Shown piece after piece: positions 1 through 7,998 of a stretch of 64,000 bases of DNA. The stretch lies in NCBI GenBank assembly GCA_026014565.1, contig JAOZIB010000018.1, positions 64,444-128,443 on the forward strand. Reading direction: 5' to 3'. The position numbers were made by a program, and so were the translations under genes. The stretch is from Candidatus Bathyarchaeum sp. GTDB taxonomy: Archaea; Thermoproteota; Bathyarchaeia; Bathyarchaeales; Bathyarchaeaceae. Position 1 is the stretch's first letter, and each line of letters begins with the position of its first letter. The notes beneath the pieces are model-generated. The model was not told the origin of the DNA. It ran no database searches and saw only the letters and a program-made list of their open reading frames with translations.

Positions 1-119
1 TTCAAGTAATTTCAACAGACACAAGCATTGAAAAGTACCCCAAAGCACAAACGTCATTCTATGACAATAAATTCAAAAAACTAAGGCCTTTGGCTTTGCA
101 GCCACAAAGTAATTACAAC

Positions 120-1907
120 CTACGAAATAGTAAAGTTTCCGTAGGCTGTGCCCCCGCTGTATGTTCCATCTTCGTATAAACCGTTATTTGGCGTGCCTGT
201 GGAGCTTCCTCCGACATATACGGTGTAGCTACCCGTTGCAAGCTCAGGAGTCGAGAACACCAAGGATTGGTACGTTTTTGTGGGGCAAAACGTGAGAACG
301 TCTTCACCTGAATCAGTCTGCACATTCACTAAGGTGTCAGCAGATTGAGTTGAGCCAAACCTCAGGTTTGCATAATATTGAGTTGATGACGCACTAGGAG
401 CCTGTGCCATGCCAGCGCTTCCTACAGCCACCAATGTTCCGCCAGTGATTGTGAATGAGCCTCCACCATAGTCGATAGCGGCATCAGCATTAGAAAGCGG
501 ACCATTAATAATCAAAAATCCGTTGGCCATCTCAATGTAACCGTTGGAATCAACGCCGTCACCATCTGATTCAATGAAAACAAAACCTCCATTGACATAC
601 AAATAACAGTTTTGTGACATCATGTCACCACCTTGTCCCGGTCTTCCAAAACCGCCTTGCGCTGGCCCCCAAGTTGAAGTGCTTTCTGTGGCATCGACCA
701 AGTTTATGCCGTCATCACTTGAATAAATTTTAAGATAACCTCCGTTAATGGTTACAACTGCACTTTCCACGCCTTCATAGGATTTTGTGACATCTAAGTT
801 TCCGTTATTGATTTCCACGGATATGTCAGCGTGTATGCCGTCGTCACCTGAAGCAATGTCAAAGGTACCACCGTTTATTACAATCATGTCGTTTGAATGA
901 ATTGCATCATCAGAAGAATGGATACTGAAAGTTCCGCCATCTATGGTTATGCTAAGTGCAGATTTGAGCCCTTTAGTTGATATGCTATCAGCCAACATGG
1001 AGTCAGCTCCGCCGCCGCTGGTTAATGTGAATGTGCCGTCAGTTATGTGGAGGTCTGTTTGTGCAGTGATGGCGTCGCCTTGTGTAGAAGTGACGTCTAT
1101 TGTGCCTGCTTCGATGGTGATGTAACCTTTGTCTGCTTCTTCTTCATTGTCTGATTTTAGACCGTCGCCAACAGAATTTATGGTAACATATCCGCCTTTG
1201 ACTACAATGAAGTCTTTACCCCGAATGCCGTCATCAATAGAAGTTACTTTGATAGTTCCGCTTTCAATGACAAGCCCGTCGTTACTGCGAATTGCATCAT
1301 TAACATTTCCTTTAACTGTAAGCGTCCCATCCCCCCTGATTGTAAGGTCATCCTTACTGAGAAGCGTAGCGTTGTCTTGATTGTATGCAGTATCTGTCAG
1401 ATAGTTTTCTGTTCCATCAGCAAGGACAATCACTGTTTCTTCTGCTTGCGCAACATAAAGGGGAGAGTTTGATGTGCTACTGATGGTGACTCCGTTTAGA
1501 ATAAGCGTAACAGCTTCTTCGTCATCAGTGTCTACAATTAACTGTCCGTCATCCAAAGTTCCGCTAACACGATAGGTGCCTGCAGACGTAATTGTTACTG
1601 TTGTTCCATCGACAGTGGCGACTTGTTTATTATCAACCGCAATAGAATTCTTGTTCAATGTTATTTCAGAAACATCAGAATCGCTCCAGACATAGTCGCC
1701 ACCACTGTTGTTGTCATCAGTGTTTGCGGGCACTTCATTTTCAGAAGCCAAATCGTCAGGTGCACTTGAAGAAGGACTCTCTGTGTTGGTAGACGTTCCT
1801 GTAGTGTCATCTGCAATTGGCGGATTCCAATTTAAACCTACAAAACCTACAATTAACAGCAGTACACAGACTGCACTAACAATTAAAACCAACTTTTGTT
1901 TTGCCAT
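120..1907 (-). CDS. Membrane-anchored/secreted beta-helix repeat protein, Cthe_2159-like carbohydrate-binding family
   Basis: 595-aa ORF. N-terminal hydrophobic anchor (LVLIVSAVCVLLLIVGFVGL), then an S/T/D-rich linker. Many short repeats follow with recurring (S/G)DD(A/G)I(H/R) and I(N/D)GG(T/Y) motifs typical of parallel beta-helix carbohydrate-binding proteins. Confidence 0.55.
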   Translation of the reverse strand: MAKQKLVLIVSAVCVLLLIVGFVGLNWNPPIADDTTGTSTNTESPSSSAPDDLASENEVPANTDDNNSGGDYVWSDSDVSEITLNKNSIAVDNKQVATVDGTTVTITSAGTYRVSGTLDDGQLIVDTDDEEAVTLILNGVTISSTSNSPLYVAQAEETVIVLADGTENYLTDTAYNQDNATLLSKDDLTIRGDGTLTVKGNVNDAIRSNDGLVIESGTIKVTSIDDGIRGKDFIVVKGGYVTINSVGDGLKSDNEEEADKGYITIEAGTIDVTSTQGDAITAQTDLHITDGTFTLTSGGGADSMLADSISTKGLKSALSITIDGGTFSIHSSDDAIHSNDMIVINGGTFDIASGDDGIHADISVEINNGNLDVTKSYEGVESAVVTINGGYLKIYSSDDGINLVDATESTSTWGPAQGGFGRPGQGGDMMSQNCYLYVNGGFVFIESDGDGVDSNGYIEMANGFLIINGPLSNADAAIDYGGGSFTITGGTLVAVGSAGMAQAPSASSTQYYANLRFGSTQSADTLVNVQTDSGEDVLTFCPTKTYQSLVFSTPELATGSYTVYVGGSSTGTPNNGLYEDGTYSGGTAYGNFTIS

Positions 1908-2239
1908 CTTTTCACCAGTTCATTAGCAGTTCGTAAGTGCAGAGAAACCAACTAACCAGATTACTGTAGCATGTTTAGCATTGAATGATTACTTTGTCCA
2001 AATTGTCGCCTACAACTTTTTGTCTAGAATAGAGTAGACGTCCTCTGTTTCATCATCAAGCGATATTGTAACTCCACATTTTGGGCACTGAAAGTTTCCG
2101 TTTCCTTTAATATTCAGTAAATCTACACAAGACACTAGTAATTGTTCCAATTTCCAGCCTCCCCTACATTACGGAAACAAACTTTTTAGAAAACGCTATT
2201 AAACGATTTTTCAGAATTTATTCCAATTTTGACCAAAAT

Positions 2240-2734
2240 TCAGAAATCCGCTAAAACACAAGACATCTTGTAATTTTTTGTTACATTTTCGGCGTTTCCG
2301 TTCTCTAAGGCATAGACTCGTGTCAGATTCTTTTTCCAGTCACGCTCATACATCATAGGCTCATCAATTCGTTTCTCTGAAGGGTCCACATGAATCCACC
2401 TTTGTAGGTTGTCATCCCAAACTTCAGTCCACACATGGTCACTCATATCAAGAATTAATCTAGCACGGTACCTGTGAGCCAAACAAAGGGCAGTGAAAAG
2501 AATACTGAATTCCCCGCACCTTCCTTTCCCAAATTCGATAATTTTCAATGGATCATTGTGACGAATAATAGGTCCTTCCGTCCATTTCACCTTTGAATGC
2601 AACCAATCCAACAACTCTAAAATCGTGTATTGCTTCTCAAAAAAACCCATCAACTCAGCATGCAATTCTTTACGTGCCAACTTACCACTGAGTTCGATAT
2701 ACTTCTGAAGAGCTTCTTCCGTGACACAACCCAT
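2240..2734 (-). CDS. Transglutaminase-fold protein, peptide:N-glycanase (PNGase)-like core
   Basis: GKGRCGEFSILFTALCL...DHVWTEVW...RWIHVDPSE matches the Cys-His-Asp core of PNGase/transglutaminase-like proteins. The ORF track starts at TTG 2797; ATG at 2734 (MGCVTEE) is the more likely start. Confidence 0.7.
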   Translation of the reverse strand: MGCVTEEALQKYIELSGKLARKELHAELMGFFEKQYTILELLDWLHSKVKWTEGPIIRHNDPLKIIEFGKGRCGEFSILFTALCLAHRYRARLILDMSDHVWTEVWDDNLQRWIHVDPSEKRIDEPMMYERDWKKNLTRVYALENGNAENVTKNYKMSCVLADF

Positions 2735-2841
2735 TTTGTCGTCACCCCAACTTCCGAAAATGATTAGTTGATGCCTCAAAATCTTGTTAACGCACAATTG
2801 ATAGTTAAAATTTATCTAGTAATGTGAAGGCCAGGGCAAAT

Positions 2842-2910
2842 CTGAGGAGATTTGAACCGTCGCCAGTGGCGATATCGCCCAAGAGAATCCCGCAAACTTC
2901 CTTTTTTGGT
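2842..2910. repeat. Degenerate second copy of the att-proximal sequence seen at 3245-3314 (older att remnant)
   Basis: ctgaggagatttgaacc..gcgatatcgcccaagagaatcccgcaaacttcc aligns by eye, with a few indels and roughly 80% identity, to ctggagagatttgaaccc..gcatcgcccaagaaatcccgcaaactccc at 3245-3314. Confidence 0.45.
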
Positions 2911-3238
2911 TTGAGACTTTGAAAATAACCCAAAAATGGAGAAAAAGTAGATGAGGAAAACAATAAGAAAATGTCATAAAGGGAAAGCAGAAATCATTGG
3001 AAGGATGGCGGAGAGGGATACAATGACCAATTCGAAGAAGCCACTTTTGATTTCATAATAGAAGAAGAAGGACGGCTTGATTTTTTGTCATGTCCTTCTT
3101 CTACTTCTAATCACAAACTCCTTAACACTGAGGCATAACTGAAAAAAAGATTTCCTCACACAGCAGTGAGTTTCTTTAGTTGTAGCCTACCCTGCAACCA
3201 CTTGAACAAAACAAATAGTGACCCAAGTGAATGCCATG

Positions 3239-3260
3239 GTGGGCCTGGAGAGATTTGAAC
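3239..3260. repeat. att direct repeat (distal copy; partial tRNA 3' end)
   Basis: Identical to 5954-5975. Reverse complement reads TTCAAATCTCTCCAGGCCCAC(CA), but the preceding bases (GCGGG) cannot pair with CTCTC and no 5' tRNA half is present. It is therefore a tRNA fragment, not a gene. Confidence 0.75.
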
Positions 3261-3372
3261 CCGCCGACATTGGTGGCATCGCCCAAGAAATCCCGCAAAC
3301 TCCCCCTTTTTTGCTCAATAATGTTGAGCGTTTTAAGAGGGCATAAACAGTTCTTGTCGATATATCTGACAC

Positions 3373-4281
3373 TCAAGCTTTTGTTTTTTTGTTCAAGTTC
3401 GAAAGAACTACATTTACAAGTTCTTCTTCATGGTGTGCTTTCGAGTCTTCTATGATTTTGGGAAGGGGGTCATTCAAGTCTTTTAGGAAGGAGTATTCTT
3501 TGATCACAGTGTTGATTATGTCTTTTTTTGATGGAAGATTCCCTTTTCGCACTAGTCTTTTGAGGTCTTCCCAATCATATTCTTCTTTTGCCAATCTGTC
3601 AAGTAACATTTCTGGGTTGAATGGGTCTCGAGCATTCCAGCATTTGATAACTGCCAATGTCTTAACTAGGTCTTTATTGTAGGGTCGATTAGCAAATAAG
3701 TACAGATCATAAAGGTCTCTGCTACGTATTCTTTGGAATGCAGCTCTGATTTTCTCAGCTAGCAGTTCCTCTTTTTGTAGGCATTTAACAGGAAAATTTT
3801 GAAATTCACAGAATTTGAAATACATCTCTTCTATGAGGCAAAGTTCATCCGTAGAAAAGACAGGTTTTTCTCTGTAACTAACTTGAAGCTCAAATCTAGA
3901 ACCTGGATTCCATTCATGTTGGTATTCAACAACTGCAAGATAAGATTCGAAGCCAACATTTTCATCTATGATTTTGAAATCTATGCCGTAATGGGTTTTG
4001 TTGTCGAATAGTTGCTTGAGTTTGTTTCCAAGCTCTTCAAGGGTTATGTTTAAGCTGGTGAAATCAAGGTCCATAGAGAATCTTCCTGTTTTGCCAAAGT
4101 ATGTTTTCTTTAGACAAGTTCCTCCTTTGAAGGCTAATTGTGGTAAGATTGTACCCGAGAGGATGTGAAGCACATATGTGAGTGCGATATCACGTTCAGC
4201 GATGTCTTCTCTTACTTTACTTGATCGGGCGTAGAAGTTTACGTGTTTTCTTTCTAGCATAATTATTTCACCGTACTTCAA
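3373..4281 (-). CDS. Nucleotidyltransferase AbiEii/AbiGii-family toxin
   Basis: 302 aa. LAFKGGTCLKKTYFG...RFSMDLDFT matches the GGTAL..Y...RFSEDIDF signature of AbiEii toxins. Overlaps the upstream AbiEi-like gene by 14 nt. Confidence 0.75.
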   Translation of the reverse strand: MKYGEIIMLERKHVNFYARSSKVREDIAERDIALTYVLHILSGTILPQLAFKGGTCLKKTYFGKTGRFSMDLDFTSLNITLEELGNKLKQLFDNKTHYGIDFKIIDENVGFESYLAVVEYQHEWNPGSRFELQVSYREKPVFSTDELCLIEEMYFKFCEFQNFPVKCLQKEELLAEKIRAAFQRIRSRDLYDLYLFANRPYNKDLVKTLAVIKCWNARDPFNPEMLLDRLAKEEYDWEDLKRLVRKGNLPSKKDIINTVIKEYSFLKDLNDPLPKIIEDSKAHHEEELVNVVLSNLNKKTKA

Positions 4282-5494
4282 TTTCGCTTAGAAGACGTTC
4301 CCGGGGCACATTGTTTATGATGTTCCACTCTTTTGATAACTTTCCCTTTTTGGGTTTTTTGGAGTCTAGGTATATTGTGGTTTTTCCTACGTGTTCAGAC
4401 AGCTTGTCTTTAAGTGGTTGAGAAAATGGTTTAGTGAGTTTCTCGTTTTCTAAAAAGTCGATTAGGAAGCCCATTCTTTGTATGAGAGAATGGGATTTCA
4501 TTCGTATTGCGTAGTTTACAAGTTTTTCTTGTTTGACTCTGGGTAGAGCTCTCCATAGTATTCCTGCTAGGTGTTCAGTTCCTCCTGTGTATTTTGGTTT
4601 GTCAAATGAGTCGACAAGGGATTTTTCGGGTTCAGCCATCAAAACTTGAGTGTCGAAGATTTGCTCTTTTTTGTATCCAAAGAATTTTCTTTTGGATAAA
4701 GTGATGAATTTGAAGGTGGTTCCTTCCCATGTGATTTCTGGTTTTTTCTTGGTTGTTGCTATAAAGAGTGTGTAGGGCATCTGTGTAGTGAAGCCGTAGT
4801 GGCTGTTTGATGTGTAATAACTGAAATAGTAGGGTTTGATGAGGCTGGCGCCTATAATGAAGGAGTTTGATGGAGGAACCCTTTCGGGGTAACCATAACT
4901 AAGTGGTATAAACTGGTAGAGTCCACTGGTGACTCTTTCTAACCAATTTTTTTGTTCAAGGTTATGCAGCAAATAATGTGCGTACTCGATGGAGCAATCT
5001 AGGGTTTCTTGTACATCTGATGCTCGAATAGTTGTTTTGTTTTCAGATTCCCATTTAGCGACTAATCTAGCTTCTTCTGGCGATAACTTTTGGGAATTAT
5101 GCTCTTGTATCCCTTGTCGTTTTAACTCGTGTAGCTTTTGTTCTGTAATTCCTATTTGTTTGTAATCGAGTAGTTTCACTGGAAGTTTTTTCAGTTCTTT
5201 CCTAACCGTTGGGTTTACTTCAGGGGCTATTATTAGTAAATTGAAATTCTTTAGAGGAGGCTCGATGTTGGAGATTGCAGCATACATGTTGATTATCTGG
5301 GTAAGTTGTTTTCGACCTATTTTGCTTCCTTTAACTTCAACGAAAACGTCATTTCCATCTTTGTCTTTGAGATGAAAATCTGCTTTGATTTGGCCTGGTA
5401 AAACCTCATTTACAGCTAATAGAGAGTAATCTTTGAATATATTCGGGATTTCTCTAGAAATGTACGCCTCCAAAGAGTACTCCAATTGTTTCAC
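4268..5494 (-). CDS. AbiEi-family antitoxin/wHTH regulator with N-terminal PD-(D/E)xK nuclease-like domain
   Basis: 408 aa. The C-terminal ~270 aa look like wHTH + AbiEi antitoxin domain (LYQFIP...GASLIKPYYFSYYTSNSHYGFTTQMP...EPEKSLVDSFDKP.YTGG). The N-terminal ~100 aa contain D(x)n..VFVEVKGSK, a PD-(D/E)xK-like motif. Confidence 0.65.
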   Translation of the reverse strand: MKQLEYSLEAYISREIPNIFKDYSLLAVNEVLPGQIKADFHLKDKDGNDVFVEVKGSKIGRKQLTQIINMYAAISNIEPPLKNFNLLIIAPEVNPTVRKELKKLPVKLLDYKQIGITEQKLHELKRQGIQEHNSQKLSPEEARLVAKWESENKTTIRASDVQETLDCSIEYAHYLLHNLEQKNWLERVTSGLYQFIPLSYGYPERVPPSNSFIIGASLIKPYYFSYYTSNSHYGFTTQMPYTLFIATTKKKPEITWEGTTFKFITLSKRKFFGYKKEQIFDTQVLMAEPEKSLVDSFDKPKYTGGTEHLAGILWRALPRVKQEKLVNYAIRMKSHSLIQRMGFLIDFLENEKLTKPFSQPLKDKLSEHVGKTTIYLDSKKPKKGKLSKEWNIINNVPRERLLSEIEVR

Positions 5495-5648
5495 CTGTAC
5501 AGAAATAATGCTAAGAGTACTTATTATGTTTTTTTCTTATAATCTTAGTAAATTAAAATAGAATGCTAAGAAAAAGAGAAAAAAATATAATTTGTGAGTT
5601 GTACACCCGTCTGTTTCGTCACAAGTACTATCAAGTGAAAACTCGTAA

Positions 5649-5912
5649 CAAATACACTTTCACACTTTCAGGCACTGGAAAGCCACCATGGAATACCACA
5701 AAACAAAAGACATCCTTCACGTCATGAACATGCTCGGACACAAAAACATAATGAACACCCTCAAATACACCCAGCTCATCGACTTCAAAGGAGACGACTA
5801 CACCTCAAAAGCAACCAAAAACAGCGAAGAAGCACGCCAACTAATAGAAAACGGATTCGAATACGTCTGCACCACACCCGATGAAATCATGCTGTTTCGT
5901 AAACGCAAATGA
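5649..5912 (+). pseudogene. Tyrosine recombinase (integrase) C-terminal fragment
   Basis: Open frame after the stop at 5646 reads HTFRHWKATMEYHKTKDILHVMNMLGHKNIMNTLKYTQ. This is box II H-x-x-R-H ... LGH ... Y of tyrosine recombinases. The N-terminal ~200+ aa are missing. Confidence 0.7.
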
Positions 5913-5953
5913 CCACTAAAAAATAAATTAAAGTGGACCAGGTGAATTGAAAA

Positions 5954-5975
5954 GTGGGCCTGGAGAGATTTGAAC
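5954..5975. repeat. att direct repeat (tRNA-proximal copy)
   Basis: Identical 22-mer to 3239-3260. Covers the acceptor 3' strand and the T-arm 3' half of tRNA-Ile. Confidence 0.75.
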
Positions 5976-6029
5976 TCTCGACCTTTCGGTTATCAGCCGA
6001 ACGCTCCAGCCGTACTGAGCTACAAGCCC
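5955..6029 (-). tRNA. tRNA-Ile (anticodon GAU)
   Basis: Reverse complement folds as GGGCTTG TA GCTC AGTACGGCTG GAGC G TTCGG CTGATAA CCGAA AGGTC GAGAG TTCAAAT CTCTC CAGGCCC A. All stems pair. CCA is not encoded. Confidence 0.9.
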
Positions 6030-6160
6030 ATAAGCACACATCATAAAATACATCATTTATTAAAGCATTACCTTGTTGACGGGAGAGGTTTTCACATTAA
6101 ACATGAAAATTGAAGTCAAACAGTGTGAAATTGTAAAAGTTATCAAAACAGAAAAGAATG

Positions 6161-6181
6161 TTGCCGATAAAAAAACGGCAA
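6161..6181 (-). terminator. Hairpin plus T-rich tract downstream of the fwdB-like gene
   Basis: ttgccg-ataaaaaaa-cggcaa inverted repeat 12 nt after the stop. On the minus strand it is followed by T-rich sequence. Confidence 0.4.
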
Positions 6182-6192
6182 AGAAAAAAGGT

Positions 6193-7647
6193 TTAGGCGT
6201 TTGCCTGTTTGGCTTTGAGTTCTTTGACTTTGGCGAGAATCATGTTTAAGATTTCGTCATCAGTCAAAATGCCCTCGGGTGGCTCAACGACTTTCTTTAG
6301 AGTTACAGGAACGTTGTCCAGTCGATATGCAGTGCCTGAGGCTTCGATTCCACTGAAAGCTACGGGTATTGCGACGTCTGCCATTAAGGTTGAGATGTTT
6401 TTGTGAGGATCCAGAACAATCAAAGGATTGTTTACAAATCCTTCTGCAAGTTTTTTGGGATAGTTAGACACAGGATCAGCGCCAAGGATTACTGAAGCGT
6501 CGTTTTCTCCGCGGGCTAAAATGTCCGTGATTGAAGTTTCCCCGGGGTTGTATCGTGGATAACCAATTGACATGTCAACAGAATGAGGATATCCAGTTAG
6601 CCAGCATGCGACTACATTTGAGCCAGCGACGTTATAGTGGCCACGAACGGGCATCATAACAAACTTGGTTCGTTGGTTTACGTCACGTATAAGTCTGATT
6701 GCATCCTCGGTGTTTCTATATTTTCCTAGACTCATGGTTAATCCAAGCCCCCAGAAAAGAACCCCAAACCTGCAACTGATCATAGCGTCAACAAGGTCTT
6801 CAAGTACTTTCACAGGAACTCCTGCGACTTCGTCAACGTCCAAGTCTCCGCCTTTGAGGATTACTCGAATGGCTTGGAATAACTCAAAATCAGTATTTGG
6901 TTGAATTTTTATGAACTGGTCAGCCATTTGAGCAGTTGGAGTTTTCTTTACATCTACAACAATGACTTTGCGGTCAACTCTTAAAGGATCAAGAATAGCG
7001 CCATGTAAATCTGCAGACTTTGTAGAATAGTGCTGCATCATCCATTCTTCATCAAAAACTTCGTTCATGCTTTTTGCTTGTTGCTCAGCCATTGCTTTTT
7101 TGTTGTAACGGCTTCGAATGTCACTTTTGGCGTATTTGCCTTCTTTTCCAACAGTGTATCTAGCAAGCTGCCTTGGATGGGAAACCATCGGATTAGCACC
7201 CCAATAAATAATCAAGTCTGCACGGTGTCTGACTTGACCTAAAGTTGAACCGGGAGAACCAGCGTGCTGAACACCTTGAAGGGAGGGACCGTGACAGTTA
7301 ACTGCACAGTTGTCGTAAACGCCGCCGACTTCTTCAGTTAGTTTTACTCCAGTAGCGATTGCTTCAGAAGTAGTTGAAGACCAGCCGTGCAAGATTGGAT
7401 ATTTTGCGTTTACCAAAATTTCTGCGGCCTTGTCCACAGCTTCTTGTAGGGAAACGGGTTCGAGTTTGCCGTTTTTTCGAATCATGGGCTTCATGAGTCG
7501 GTGTTCACAGTTATAGTTCATGAACTTGGAAATTGAAAGGACACAGCCGTTTTTTACTTTTTTTATTTTTCCGTCTTCAACAGTTATTTCCAAATCGTCA
7601 CATACACAACCGCATATGGGACAGGTTACAGGTTTTACAACAGACAT
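6193..7647 (-). CDS. fwdB: Formylmethanofuran dehydrogenase subunit B-like molybdopterin/tungstopterin protein
   Basis: 484 aa. The N-terminal CPICGCVCDDLEI..., AKYPILHGWSSTTSEA and DNCAVNCHGPS resemble FwdB/FmdB. No other fwd subunits are in the window. Confidence 0.65.
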   Translation of the reverse strand: MSVVKPVTCPICGCVCDDLEITVEDGKIKKVKNGCVLSISKFMNYNCEHRLMKPMIRKNGKLEPVSLQEAVDKAAEILVNAKYPILHGWSSTTSEAIATGVKLTEEVGGVYDNCAVNCHGPSLQGVQHAGSPGSTLGQVRHRADLIIYWGANPMVSHPRQLARYTVGKEGKYAKSDIRSRYNKKAMAEQQAKSMNEVFDEEWMMQHYSTKSADLHGAILDPLRVDRKVIVVDVKKTPTAQMADQFIKIQPNTDFELFQAIRVILKGGDLDVDEVAGVPVKVLEDLVDAMISCRFGVLFWGLGLTMSLGKYRNTEDAIRLIRDVNQRTKFVMMPVRGHYNVAGSNVVACWLTGYPHSVDMSIGYPRYNPGETSITDILARGENDASVILGADPVSNYPKKLAEGFVNNPLIVLDPHKNISTLMADVAIPVAFSGIEASGTAYRLDNVPVTLKKVVEPPEGILTDDEILNMILAKVKELKAKQANA

Positions 7648-7892
7648 TTTACATCACACAAGTTTGTCCAACAAGGAGTCTGACAATACGTGAACATTTT
7701 AGTTTCGGAAAGGAAGGTGCTCATGTATGCATTACACTCCTCGCAACAACCTAATGTCGGAGGCATATATCAATATATATACTTTTTTCAAGACAAAAAA
7801 CATTAATTTAATGACAAAAATCGTCGGCAAAAAACTAAAAAGTAGAAACAGCCGCTATCCTTTAATCTCTAAATTGCATCAGTCATTAACGC

Positions 7893-7998
7893 GGGCCCGT
7901 AGCCTAGTTTGGATAAGGCGTCGAGTCACCATAAAATGTGGTGATGCGCAAGCCTTCGGAGCCGAAGACCCAGGGTTCAAATCCCTGCGGGTCCGCCA
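7893..7998 (+). tRNA. tRNA-Arg (anticodon UCG) with a 28-nt intron at position 29/30; CCA encoded
   Basis: After removing 7924-7951: GGGCCCG TA GCCT AGTTTGGATA AGGC G TCGGC CTTCGGA GCCGA AGACC CAGGG TTCAAAT CCCTG CGGGTCC G CCA. All stems pair, U33 is present, and the discriminator is G. Confidence 0.85.
7924..7951 (+). other. tRNA intron (non-canonical position, inside the 5' strand of the anticodon stem)
   Basis: agtcaccataaaatgtggtgatgcgcaa contains the internal hairpin TCACCA-TAAAATG-TGGTGA. Its removal is the only way to restore a 5-bp anticodon stem TCGGC/GCCGA. Confidence 0.75.

Larger units (their letters stand above)
3239..5975. mobile_element. Decayed integrated element at the 3' end of tRNA-Ile (integrase remnant + AbiE-like TA cargo)
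   Basis: A 22-bp perfect direct repeat gtgggcctggagagatttgaac occurs at 3239-3260 and 5954-5975. The second copy is the 3' end of the intact tRNA-Ile. A tyrosine-recombinase C-terminal fragment lies just inside the tRNA-proximal end. Confidence 0.7.

Noticed and set aside
943-1926. Plus-strand ORFs (943-1125, 1129-1380, 1708-1926) rich in S/P/L/V.
   Set aside because: They are antisense shadows of the repeat-rich beta-helix gene at 120-1907. Similar antisense or alternate-frame ORFs inside acs, cobN, carB, carA, argH, argG, nrdD, the pst genes and the SBP genes (for example 8615-9400, 12970-13383, 17363-17728, 48142-49320, 61374-63548) were rejected for the same reason.
2010-2150. 46-aa minus-strand ORF with a GGAGG 7 nt upstream of a TTG start (EQLLVSCVDLLNIKGNGNFQCPKCGVTISLDDETEDVYSILDKKL).
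   Set aside because: It has only one CxxC pair and no recognisable family. It is plausible as a small protein, but there is not enough support to annotate it.
3237-3314. Looks like a tRNA 3' half (TTCAAATCTCTCCAGGCCCACCA on the minus strand); considered calling a second tRNA gene.
   Set aside because: The bases preceding the T-loop (GCGGG) cannot pair with CTCTC. No matching 5' acceptor strand (GGGCCTG) or D/anticodon arms exist upstream. It is interpreted as an att-site tRNA fragment instead.
3176-3455. Three short overlapping ORFs (3176-3376, 3187-3372 minus; 3231-3455 plus).
   Set aside because: They span the att repeat and the 3' end of the AbiEii gene and have no motifs, RBS or coherent composition.
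6103-6249. 48-aa plus-strand ORF (MKIEVKQCEIVKVIK...) overlapping the 3' end and terminator of the fwdB-like gene.
   Set aside because: It has no RBS and no family, and it overlaps a well-supported gene and its terminator hairpin.
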